Shown here: piece by piece, positions 24,023 through 32,000 of the stretch
How positions within the stretch are numbered: the stretch's first letter is position 1
How the letters are laid out: each line of letters opens with the position of its first letter
Assembly: GCF_000016745.1 (NCBI RefSeq)
Contig: NC_009483.1
Span: 30,001-62,000, forward strand
Length of the DNA: 32,000 nt
DNA from: Geotalea uraniireducens Rf4
GTDB lineage: Bacteria; Desulfobacterota; Desulfuromonadia; Geobacterales; Geobacteraceae
Direction of reading: 5' to 3'
Program-made: the position numbers and the translations under genes
Notes under the pieces: model-generated
Database searches by the model: none
Seen by the model: only the letters and a program-made list of their open reading frames with translations
What the model was told of the DNA's origin: nothing

Positions 24023-24451
24023 ATGTACGACCAACACTGTCAGGCGCTAAAGGGGCTGAAGCTGAAGGCCACGCCGAAAAGGCTGGCCATTCTCAGTCTG
24101 CTGGCAGAGGAATCCGCTTACGTCAGTCCGGAAGAGATCTGGCGCAAGCTTCAGGGAAAGTTCGGCCGGCTCGGCCTGCCGACAGTCTACCGCAACCTGG
24201 AGGAACTGGCTTCGGGAGGGGTCATCAGCAAGGTAATACACCCCAACCGCCAGCTCTATTACTATTTTTGCCCGAACCGCCACCATCACCACCATTTCAT
24301 CTGCATCGCCTGCAGAAAGGTCGAAGACATCGATTTTTGCGGCATGGACGAGATTGCAAAAAACATCAGCGGCACGGTGTTGTCCCATATCGTTCAAGTG
24401 AACGGTCTCTGCCACACTTGTTCGAATCAACAGGAAGGGGTAGCCCTATGA
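24023..24451 (+). CDS. zur: Fur-family metalloregulator, probably Zur
   Basis: Winged-helix N-terminus (ATPKRLAILSLL), HHHHHFIC..C and C..C metal sites. Coupled to the znu-like genes by an ATGA overlap. Confidence 0.7.
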   Translation: MYDQHCQALKGLKLKATPKRLAILSLLAEESAYVSPEEIWRKLQGKFGRLGLPTVYRNLEELASGGVISKVIHPNRQLYYYFCPNRHHHHHFICIACRKVEDIDFCGMDEIAKNISGTVLSHIVQVNGLCHTCSNQQEGVAL

Positions 24452-25398
24452 GACGATGGTTCATGGCCGCGCTTGTGCTGCCGGTGGCAATAAGCCTCTG
24501 CACGGCTTGCCATAAGCGGGAGCAAGGGGGAGCACCGGGAAAATTGAAGGTGGTCACTACCCTCTTTCCCCTGTACGATTTTGCGAAACAGATCGGCGGC
24601 AACAAGGCTGACGTGAGTCTGCTGCTTCCACCCGGCATGGAGCCCCACAGCTTCGAGCCCAAGCCCGATGACATGGTCAGGGTCAACCGGGCCGACCTGT
24701 TCATTTTTACCAACAAATACATGGAGCCGTGGGCAGCGCAGATTGTCGGCGCTCTGGACAACAAGAAAATCCTGGTGGTCGATACCAGCCGTGGAGTGAA
24801 GCTGCTCAAGGCTGGGAGCGAAGCGGCTACCGGTCACGAGGACGATGCCCACGGCCACGAGGCCGGAGGGGTGGACCCCCACATGTGGCTTGATTTCGAC
24901 AATGCCCGCCTCATGGTCGATAACATGCTCGCCGGCTTTGTCGCCAGGGACCCGGCCAACCGGGAGTATTACTCCGCCAATGCCGCTGCTTACAAGGCGC
25001 AACTGGCCGCCCTGGACCAGCGCTTCAAGGCGGGTCTTTCACAATGCGACAAAAGAGAGTTTCTCCATGGCGGCCACTTTGCCTTCGGCTATCTGGCAAA
25101 GCGCTACGGCCTTCGTTATCAATCGGCGTATGCGGTAAATGCCGACGCCGAACCGACCGCAGCCAAGCTGGCTGATCTTGTCAAGCAGATGCGGAGCTAC
25201 GGCCTGAAATACGTTTATACCGAGGAACTGCTCAACCCGAGGGTCGCTGAGACCATAGCCCGGGAAACCGGCGCCGGCCTTCTCCATCTGCACGGAGCCC
25301 ACAACATCAGCAAGGAGGACCTCGATCGAGGGGTAACGTTCATCTCCCTGATGGAGGATAATCTGAAAAACTTGAGGATTGGACTGCAATGCCGATAG
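24448..25398 (+). CDS. znuA: metal ABC transporter substrate-binding protein (ZnuA-like, His/Asp-rich loop)
   Basis: Signal peptide. KVVTTLFPLYDF and the loop GHEDDAHGHEAGGVDPHMW are typical of zinc-specific cluster A-I binding proteins. I trimmed the track ORF to ATG 24448. Confidence 0.75.
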   Translation: MRRWFMAALVLPVAISLCTACHKREQGGAPGKLKVVTTLFPLYDFAKQIGGNKADVSLLLPPGMEPHSFEPKPDDMVRVNRADLFIFTNKYMEPWAAQIVGALDNKKILVVDTSRGVKLLKAGSEAATGHEDDAHGHEAGGVDPHMWLDFDNARLMVDNMLAGFVARDPANREYYSANAAAYKAQLAALDQRFKAGLSQCDKREFLHGGHFAFGYLAKRYGLRYQSAYAVNADAEPTAAKLADLVKQMRSYGLKYVYTEELLNPRVAETIARETGAGLLHLHGAHNISKEDLDRGVTFISLMEDNLKNLRIGLQCR

Positions 25399-26141
25399 AA
25401 GCGCTGTCAGTGCAAGGGCTTTTTTCAGGATACCAAGGCGCCGATGTCCTGCAGGATATCTCGTTTACGGTCATGCCGGGCGATTATGTCGGCGTTGTCG
25501 GGCCGAATGGCTCCGGCAAGAGCACCCTGATCAAGACGATTCTCGGCCTGCTCGAACCGGAGCGCGGCTCGATAACGCTTTTCGGCACCCCCTTCAGCAG
25601 CTTCCGCGACTGGCGCCGGATCGGCTACCTCCCCCAGGGGTTGCAGTTTTTCAACCCGCATTTCCCTGCCACGGTTGCCGAGATTGTGCGGCTCGGCAGG
25701 CTTGCGGGGAAGAAATTCCCGAAGCGTTTCGACAAAAACGATCAGGTTGCGGTTGAGCGTACCCTGCACTGGATGGATATTTGCAGCATCAAAGACAAGC
25801 TGATCGGCGAGCTGTCGGGCGGGTTGCGGCAACGGGTCCTCCTTGCCAGGGCCCTCGTCAACGAACCGGAGCTCCTGGTTCTGGACGAACCGACAACCGC
25901 CCTCGATCCCGAAACGAGGGAACATTTTTACCAGCTGATCTATGACATGAACCGGGAGCGGAAAACGACGGTCATCCTCGTCACCCACGACACCGGCACC
26001 ATCGGCCGATACGCGTCGCGGCTTCTCTATCTGGACAAGCGGCTCGTTTTTTACGGCGGATTCGACGATTTCTGCATGTCGGCGGAAATGACCGGTTTTT
26101 TCGGCGAACACGCCCAACATGTGGTCTGTCACAGGCATTAA
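25389..26141 (+). CDS. znuC: metal ABC transporter ATP-binding protein
   Basis: Walker A GPNGSGKST, signature LSGGLRQR, Walker B LLVLDEP. Confidence 0.8.
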   Translation: MPIEALSVQGLFSGYQGADVLQDISFTVMPGDYVGVVGPNGSGKSTLIKTILGLLEPERGSITLFGTPFSSFRDWRRIGYLPQGLQFFNPHFPATVAEIVRLGRLAGKKFPKRFDKNDQVAVERTLHWMDICSIKDKLIGELSGGLRQRVLLARALVNEPELLVLDEPTTALDPETREHFYQLIYDMNRERKTTVILVTHDTGTIGRYASRLLYLDKRLVFYGGFDDFCMSAEMTGFFGEHAQHVVCHRH

Positions 26142-26146
26142 CAACA

Positions 26147-26223
26147 GGTTCGAGGTTCGAGGTTCGAGGTTCGAGGTTCGAGGTTCGAGGTTGGTTTTTA
26201 ATGTAGAACGTTGAACGTAGAAC
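26147..26223. repeat. 11 in-register heptamers: 6 x GGTTCGA, GGTTGGT, TTTTAAT, GTAGAAC, GTTGAAC, GTAGAAC
   Basis: Counted directly. Begins 5 nt after the znuC stop and ends 18 nt before the znuB ATG. GGTTCGA is the reverse complement of the GAACCTC unit at 18.7 kb. Confidence 0.9.
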
Positions 26224-26241
26224 ATATTTTAAGAGGGTTTG

Positions 26242-27060
26242 ATGGACATTGGTGAAATTCTCAGTTACGGATTTTTACAGCGGGCGCTGGTCGCCGGCTC
26301 GCTGATTGCCGTGCTCTGCTCCGTTCTGGGGGTTTTTCTGGTGTTGCGCCGTCTTTCCCTGATCGGCGACGGCCTGGCCCATGTCACCTTCGGCAGCGTC
26401 GCCCTGGCACTCTTTCTCGGGTTCCATTCGGCACTTACGACCGTCGCTGCCATCCCCTGCGTGCTTCTTGCATCCCTGGGGGTCCTCAGGCTGACGGAAA
26501 AGGCGAAAATCTACGGCGATACGGCCATCGGCATCGTCTCTTCTCTGGGGATCGCCATCGGCGTGCTGCTGGCGAGCATGGCCGGAGGCTTCAATGTCGA
26601 TCTCTTCAGTTACCTGTTCGGCAACATCCTCTCCATCAGCACCACGGAACTGCTGATTTCAGCCGGACTCTTCCTCGTGGTCCTTGTTTCTGTGGCGTTA
26701 AACTACAACGAACTGTTCGCCATCACCTTCGATGAGGAGCTGGCCAAAAGCGCCGGCATCAGTACCAAACGGATCAATTCGATCCTGGTACTGTTGACCG
26801 CGCTCACCGTAGTGCTGGCTATGAAGGTGGTGGGCATCATGCTGATTTCGGCGCTGCTGATTCTTCCAGCGGTTTCAGCCCTGCAACTGGCCAAGGGCTT
26901 TAAGACGGCGATTTTGCTGGCAGCCTTAATCGGCATGGGAACGGTGATAATCGGCATATTCGCATCCTTCGTCATGAATCTTCCCACCGGTGCGACGATC
27001 GTTCTTGTTAATTTTGTGCTCTTTGCCCTCACCTTCGTCATCAAGACGCTCCGGCGATAA
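26242..27060 (+). CDS. znuB: metal ABC transporter permease
   Basis: Polytopic membrane ORF of ZnuB/ABC-3 type. ATG 26242 follows AAGAGGG. Confidence 0.8.
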   Translation: MDIGEILSYGFLQRALVAGSLIAVLCSVLGVFLVLRRLSLIGDGLAHVTFGSVALALFLGFHSALTTVAAIPCVLLASLGVLRLTEKAKIYGDTAIGIVSSLGIAIGVLLASMAGGFNVDLFSYLFGNILSISTTELLISAGLFLVVLVSVALNYNELFAITFDEELAKSAGISTKRINSILVLLTALTVVLAMKVVGIMLISALLILPAVSALQLAKGFKTAILLAALIGMGTVIIGIFASFVMNLPTGATIVLVNFVLFALTFVIKTLRR

Positions 27061-27307
27061 TCGACAAGTAACCTCTCTCCTATTTCTCCCTTTCGCATAC
27101 TTCCTTGATGCGGTCCTTGACCAGGCGGTCATTTTCGTAAATCCTCTCCCTGATTTTCCTGCACCTGGTCTGGGCGCTTGGCTCGATGGCCCCTCCACGT
27201 TGTTCAGCAGCACATTAACCCGGGAAACACTTAAGTAGTTGATAGAAGTGCCGATGAGACTAGAGAAAAGTCTGACTGCAATGTCAATTGAGTATCGGGA
27301 GGGATTC

Positions 27308-27751
27308 ATGTCTAGTCATCAGGCCGTAACAATACTTCTCGTGGAAGATGACGCGGGTCATGCCCGACTTATCGAAAAAAACCTGCATCGGGCCGGCGTT
27401 TCCAACGAGATCATTCACCTGGACGACGGCCAGAAGGCGGTAGACTTTCTCTTCAACGAGGGGCGCTATGCCAACGGCGCAAACCTTGTGCCGCTCCTCA
27501 TCCTCCTTGATCTGAATATGCCGGTTTTGGACGGATATCAGGTCCTGAGCCGGATCAAGGCGGATGAACGGACGAAACGCATCCCGGTGGTCATGCTGAC
27601 AACGACCGATAACCCGCAAGAGATCGCCAAGTGCTACGAACTGGGGTGCAACATCTATGTCACCAAGCCGGTCGAATATGAAAGTTTCTCCGAGGCGATC
27701 CGCAATCTCGGACTGTTTCTCTCCATTGTTAAAGTTCCCGACGAGCCGTAA
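27308..27751 (+). CDS. single-domain CheY-like response regulator
   Basis: ILLVEDD, LLDLNMP (phospho-acceptor Asp), VVMLTT, and K in YVTKP. ATG 27308 follows GGGAGGG. Confidence 0.8.
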   Translation: MSSHQAVTILLVEDDAGHARLIEKNLHRAGVSNEIIHLDDGQKAVDFLFNEGRYANGANLVPLLILLDLNMPVLDGYQVLSRIKADERTKRIPVVMLTTTDNPQEIAKCYELGCNIYVTKPVEYESFSEAIRNLGLFLSIVKVPDEP

Positions 27752-27840
27752 ATTGCCGGACCTGTGCACGGGTCCATAATTTGTAGAAAAGGTGCTTTCC
27801 ACGAGAGGCAGTTGGCGAAAAAAGCGAAAGGATTAAAGAC

Positions 27841-29163
27841 GTGGCAGCAGTAACTTCAGCGCACATTCTTTACATGGAAGACGATGCAGGGTTGGCCAGG
27901 CTGTTACAGAAGAGTTTGCAGCGGCTGGGCCACAGTGTCGACATTGCCGATAACGGCGAGGCTGGTTTGGCGATGGTGGCAAAGGGGCGCTACGACCTTG
28001 TGCTGGTCGATTACAACATGCCGGTCTGCGGCGGGATGGATGTGCTCCGCTTCATGACGGCAAAGAGAGGTCTCCCGCCGGTCATCATGGTGACCGGCAA
28101 CGGTAATGAAAGGGTCGCCGTAGAGGCGCTGAAGCTGGGGGCTACCGATTATATCGTAAAAGATGTGGATATGGGCTACCTGGAACTGTTGCCGATAATC
28201 ATCGGACAGGTGCTGGAGAAGGAGCAGCTTATCCGGGAAAGGGAGCAGATGTTCCTTGCCGTTCAGGAGAGCGAGGAGAGGTATCGAAAGCTCGTTGAAC
28301 TTTCACCGGACGGGATTGCCATCCACCAGGAGGGGCGGTTTGTGTTCGTCAATCCGACGGGAATGGAGATTCTCGGGGTCAGAGAAAGTGAGGAATTGCT
28401 CGGGAGGGAGATCCTTGAATTTGTTCACCCGAACTTTCATCAGGCAGTTCGGGAAAGGGTCGAGCTACTGGCCAAGAGCGGCAAGGAACTGCCGCTCACC
28501 GAAGAGAAATTCCTCCGTCTGGACGGGACGGAGGTCGATGTGGAGGTTGTCACGCTCCCGTTTACCTTCAATGGGGAACCGGCATGCCAGGCGATCTTCC
28601 GCGACATCACCGAGCGGAAACTGGCCAAGGAACGGCTTGAATATATGGCTAATTTCGATGCTTTGACCGCCCTCCCCAACCGCACGCTGTTTTTTGACCG
28701 TCTCGGTCAGGTACTGTTCCGTGCCAAACGGTATCAGGAGCTGTTTGCACTGCTGTTTCTCGACCTGGACCGGTTCAAGCAGGTCAATGATACATTCGGC
28801 CACGATATCGGGGACAGGCTGCTCGGAGAAGTCGCCGACAGGCTGATCGCCTGTCTGCGCGAGTCGGATACGGTGGCAAGGATGGGCGGTGACGAATTCA
28901 CCGTCATCCTGTCCAGAATTGCCGATATGCAGGACGCTGAATCGGTTGCCTGCAAGATCATAACGACCCTGGCCGCGCCGTTTTGCTTGCAAGGGCATGA
29001 GTGTACTATCGGCGCCAGTATCGGTATCAGTATTTTTCCCTGCGACAGCCTTGACCCGGAATCGCTCCTGAAAATGGCCGATACCGCCATGTATCAGGCC
29101 AAGGAGAACGGTCGCAATACCTTCAGTTTTTACAGCGACGGTCTGCAGCCGGTTGCTTGCTGA
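27841..29163 (+). CDS. response regulator with REC-PAS-GGDEF architecture (diguanylate cyclase)
   Basis: MEDDAG / VLVDYNMP receiver domain. PAS region. Active site RMGGDEFTV with an RESD I-site motif 5 residues upstream. GTG start. Confidence 0.8.
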   Translation: MAAVTSAHILYMEDDAGLARLLQKSLQRLGHSVDIADNGEAGLAMVAKGRYDLVLVDYNMPVCGGMDVLRFMTAKRGLPPVIMVTGNGNERVAVEALKLGATDYIVKDVDMGYLELLPIIIGQVLEKEQLIREREQMFLAVQESEERYRKLVELSPDGIAIHQEGRFVFVNPTGMEILGVRESEELLGREILEFVHPNFHQAVRERVELLAKSGKELPLTEEKFLRLDGTEVDVEVVTLPFTFNGEPACQAIFRDITERKLAKERLEYMANFDALTALPNRTLFFDRLGQVLFRAKRYQELFALLFLDLDRFKQVNDTFGHDIGDRLLGEVADRLIACLRESDTVARMGGDEFTVILSRIADMQDAESVACKIITTLAAPFCLQGHECTIGASIGISIFPCDSLDPESLLKMADTAMYQAKENGRNTFSFYSDGLQPVAC

Positions 29164-29227
29164 TCTGCCGCATTGCCGGGTTATCGGTTGTTTCATGGTT
29201 GAAAGGTTGTTGCCAGGCGGAGAATGG

Positions 29228-31183
29228 ATGAGGATCAGGGGAAAACTGATAACGGGTTATTTTATGGTTGCCCTGTTGACGGCTGTTGTTGGATTTTTCG
29301 GGATAAACGCCACAAAAATCGTCAATGACGAGTTTGTGCGCTTCTCAGAGGATGAGATGCCGCTTAACCAGGCGCTCCAGGAGCTGAAATTCGCCGGGCT
29401 GAGGATCGTCACCTCAACCATGGAATACGGCTTTCTCAGTCGGCAGGGAAAAGAGGGGCGGTCAGGCGATGAGCAAAAGGAGGAAAAGAGGATACTGGCA
29501 GCAGGCATCAAATCGTATGACAACTCATTTATCCGATACGAATATCTTCTGCGGAGTCATTGCCGGGCCAGAGGTGTCAAACGGTCAATCGACCCCATAC
29601 AAAGCAGCGGATTGGAGCTGCTGAATACCAGCGCGGCTATCGTTTCGTTGATAGAGAAGAACGGCACCGGCTCAGAATTGAGGGAATTGAAGAAAAAACA
29701 TGAACATGCCGAGCAGACGTTTCTCCAGGCGGTTATGTCCGACTACGAACAGAACAGAAGGGATTTCACAGTCAGCAAAGATCTGACGAATGCGACGATG
29801 TGGGATGCCAAGCACAATATCGAGATGCTCACTATTTCTACGTTTGTCCTTGCACTCCTCTGCGGCATACTGATTTCCGCTTCCATTTCACGGCGGTTGA
29901 CGAGGTTGGAGCTGGCTGCGAAAAAGATCGGCGAGGGTGAGCTCGAAACGGTCATCGACATTAAATCAAACGACGAAGTCGGCTCTTTGGCGACCGCCTT
30001 CAGCAGGATGGTCGGGGACCTCAAAAGATCAAGGGATGAGATCGTTGCCGGGAAAAATTATCTGAACGACATCATCCATTCCATGATGGATGCTCTCATC
30101 GTCGTCGCACCGGACGGCACGATTCAGAGCATCAACGGCGCCGCCTGTTCCATGCTCGGTTACGATGAAGAGCCTGTAGGTGAGGCGTTTGCTAATATTC
30201 TACAGGAGTCCCCGTTTGACGAACTGGTTGAACAGGGGTTCATGCGTAATGCAGAAAAAACCTACCTTGCGAGAGACGGGAGAAGCATTCCCGTGGCTTT
30301 TTCCGGTTCGGTGATGTGGAATTCCGACAACACCATGCGGGGTATTGTCTGCGTGGCCCAGGACATTACCGAACGAAAACATGCGGAGAACATGCTGCAT
30401 AGATATACCGAGGAACTCAGGGACAACAATGAAGAACTGAAGGGGTTCGCCTATATCGTTTCCCATGACATGCGAGCGCCTCTCGTCAACATCAAGGGTT
30501 TTTCCCGTGAACTGCTGGATGTTTTGCAGGAGCTTGACGCAAGACTTCAAGGGGCGTTATCGCTTATCGAAGAGGGCGAACGGGATAGGATAAATACCAT
30601 TTTACGGAATGAGGTGCCGGAGGCGCTCGATTTCATTAATTCATCCGTTCACCGGATGGATGTCATGATTAAAGCGGTACTGAAGCTGTCCCATCTTGGT
30701 CGGCGCGAGATCAGGACTGAACCGGTGAAAGCGGACGAACTGGTCCACGGCATTTTGAAGACGATGAAACATCAGCTGGAGCGGGGTAAGGTAACGGTTA
30801 CGGTGGGGGATCTGCCGGATCTTGTTATGGACCGGACCGCCATGGAGCAGATTGTCGGCAACCTCCTGGACAATGCGGTAAAGTACCTGGAACCCGGTCG
30901 TCCCGGCAAACTGGAGATCACCGCTGAACAGGGGGACGGTAAAACCACATTCCATTGCAGGGACAACGGCCGCGGCATCAGCCATGAGGATATGGCCAAA
31001 ATTTTTGAACTTTTCCGCCGGGCCGGCAGGCAGGACACAGAAGGGGAGGGTATGGGGCTTGCGTACGTGAAGACCCTGTTGAAGCGTTTCGGCGGTCGGA
31101 TCTGGTGCGAATCGCAGCCGGGAGAGGGGAGCGTCTTCAGCTTCACCATTCCCATGCAGGGGAATTTGAACGGCACATCATAG
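29228..31183 (+). CDS. sensor histidine kinase (TM - periplasmic/helical sensor - HAMP - PAS - HisKA - HATPase_c)
   Basis: H-box YIVSHDMRAPL, N box LLDNAVKY, DNGRGI, GMGLAYV. The start is uncertain: 29153, 29195 or 29228. Confidence 0.8.
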   Translation: MRIRGKLITGYFMVALLTAVVGFFGINATKIVNDEFVRFSEDEMPLNQALQELKFAGLRIVTSTMEYGFLSRQGKEGRSGDEQKEEKRILAAGIKSYDNSFIRYEYLLRSHCRARGVKRSIDPIQSSGLELLNTSAAIVSLIEKNGTGSELRELKKKHEHAEQTFLQAVMSDYEQNRRDFTVSKDLTNATMWDAKHNIEMLTISTFVLALLCGILISASISRRLTRLELAAKKIGEGELETVIDIKSNDEVGSLATAFSRMVGDLKRSRDEIVAGKNYLNDIIHSMMDALIVVAPDGTIQSINGAACSMLGYDEEPVGEAFANILQESPFDELVEQGFMRNAEKTYLARDGRSIPVAFSGSVMWNSDNTMRGIVCVAQDITERKHAENMLHRYTEELRDNNEELKGFAYIVSHDMRAPLVNIKGFSRELLDVLQELDARLQGALSLIEEGERDRINTILRNEVPEALDFINSSVHRMDVMIKAVLKLSHLGRREIRTEPVKADELVHGILKTMKHQLERGKVTVTVGDLPDLVMDRTAMEQIVGNLLDNAVKYLEPGRPGKLEITAEQGDGKTTFHCRDNGRGISHEDMAKIFELFRRAGRQDTEGEGMGLAYVKTLLKRFGGRIWCESQPGEGSVFSFTIPMQGNLNGTS

Positions 31184-31233
31184 GTGTGAAAAACGGAGAA
31201 CCGCCATTGGGCGTGATAGGGAGGGAAAGGGTC

Positions 31234-32000
31234 GTGCGGAACTCGAAGTCAGGTATACGGTGCGCGGTGCTGTTCCTGCTGTTGGCAGCGGGAGTGTTGT
31301 TTCCCGCTTTAGCAACTGCGGAAACAGTGATAAAAATCGGCGGTTCCGGGGGTGCCCTCGGTTCCATGAAGCGGCTTGCCGAGGCATTTATGAGGTCTCA
31401 CCCCGGCGTCAAGATCCAGGTGCTTTCCAGCCTTGGCAGCTCCGGCGGGATCAAGGCGTTGATGGCGGGTGTGCTGGATCTGGCGGTCAGCGGCCGGCCT
31501 CTCAAGGATGATGAGAAGGCGAAAGGGGGGACAGAAATTCAGTACGCCAGAACCCCCCTTGTTTTCGTCGTCCACAGCAAGGTTGCCGGGTCAGCAGTGA
31601 CAACCCATGAGCTGGAACAGATCTACGGTGGCCAGATGCCGGATTGGCCCGATGGCAGTCGCATCCGCCTCGTGATTCGGCCGGAAGGAGATTCGGACAC
31701 ACAACTCCTGCGCGGCATTTCCCCTGCCATGGACCAGGCTGTGAAGAGCGCCATCGGCAAGGCGGGAATGAACTTTGCCGTAACGGACCAGGACAGCATC
31801 GACATGGTGACGAAGGTGCCGGGGAGCCTTGGCGCGGCGACGCTGAGTCAGATCATGACGGAAAGGCCGCCGGTAAAAGTCCTGGCCTACAACGGCGTGA
31901 AACCCGTTGTGAAGGCGATGGCCAAGGGGCGTTATCCGTTGTCCAAGCCGCTTTATCTGATAACCATGAACAAGAGCGCGGCTGCTGCCAGGGAGTTTGC
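31234..32000 (+). CDS. periplasmic PstS-like (PBP-like_2) substrate-binding protein, 3' end beyond the window
   Basis: Hand translation; absent from the track because no stop lies in the window. VRNSKSGIRCAVLFLLLAAGVLFPALATAETVIKIGGSGGALGSMKRLAEAF...GSSGGIKAL...YPLSKPLYLIT. GGGAGGGAAAGGG precedes GTG 31234. Confidence 0.65.
   Translation, partial: MRNSKSGIRCAVLFLLLAAGVLFPALATAETVIKIGGSGGALGSMKRLAEAFMRSHPGVKIQVLSSLGSSGGIKALMAGVLDLAVSGRPLKDDEKAKGGTEIQYARTPLVFVVHSKVAGSAVTTHELEQIYGGQMPDWPDGSRIRLVIRPEGDSDTQLLRGISPAMDQAVKSAIGKAGMNFAVTDQDSIDMVTKVPGSLGAATLSQIMTERPPVKVLAYNGVKPVVKAMAKGRYPLSKPLYLITMNKSAAAAREF

Noticed and set aside
27075-27206. Minus-strand frame ending ...TRCRKIRERIYENDRLVKDRIKEVCEREK*, which looks like a genuine protein C-terminus in the znuB-to-regulator spacer.
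   Set aside because: There is no in-frame ATG, GTG or TTG between the upstream TAA and the stop (about 44 codons). At most it is a gene fragment and cannot be supported as a CDS. The overlapping listed ORFs (26926..27309, 26990..27238) look non-coding.

Overview
GC-rich chromosomal segment whose gene content resembles Desulfuromonadales or Geobacter; the taxon is an inference, since I could run no search. The minus-strand left arm (1-6.9 kb) carries a frameshifted hslO, a coupled hypothetical gene, a large U32 peptidase, a histidine-kinase remnant, a small secreted protein and a type I-beta DAHP synthase. The centre (8.8-22.6 kb, plus strand) is an early-cobalt-insertion (anaerobic-type) cobalamin cluster: cbiX, cbiC, cbiD, cbiE/T, cbiL, cbiF, cbiG, cbiH fused to cobQ, cbiB, cobD. 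It is preceded by yqaA-like and M16 peptidase genes and interrupted by a vapBC toxin-antitoxin pair. The right arm holds a PilZ protein, zur-znuACB, and a two-component/c-di-GMP block (CheY-like regulator, REC-PAS-GGDEF, HAMP-PAS histidine kinase, PstS-like binding protein running off the window). Two things stand out. (1) An unlisted 30-codon leader ORF (MINTSYFAFFNFYFWCGFYFRPSAQGGGSN) with mutually exclusive terminator and antiterminator hairpins sits just upstream of the DAHP synthase gene, the layout of a ribosome-mediated aromatic amino acid attenuator. (2) Tandem heptanucleotide arrays occur at nine loci and keep a 7-nt register. Some sit directly after stop codons, some as inverted pairs, some inside cbiD and cobQ, and one forms the whole linker that fuses cbiH to cobQ. 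Larger palindromic REP/MITE-like elements fill several cobalamin intergenic gaps. No rRNA, tRNA, CRISPR array, transposase or cobalamin riboswitch was recognised.
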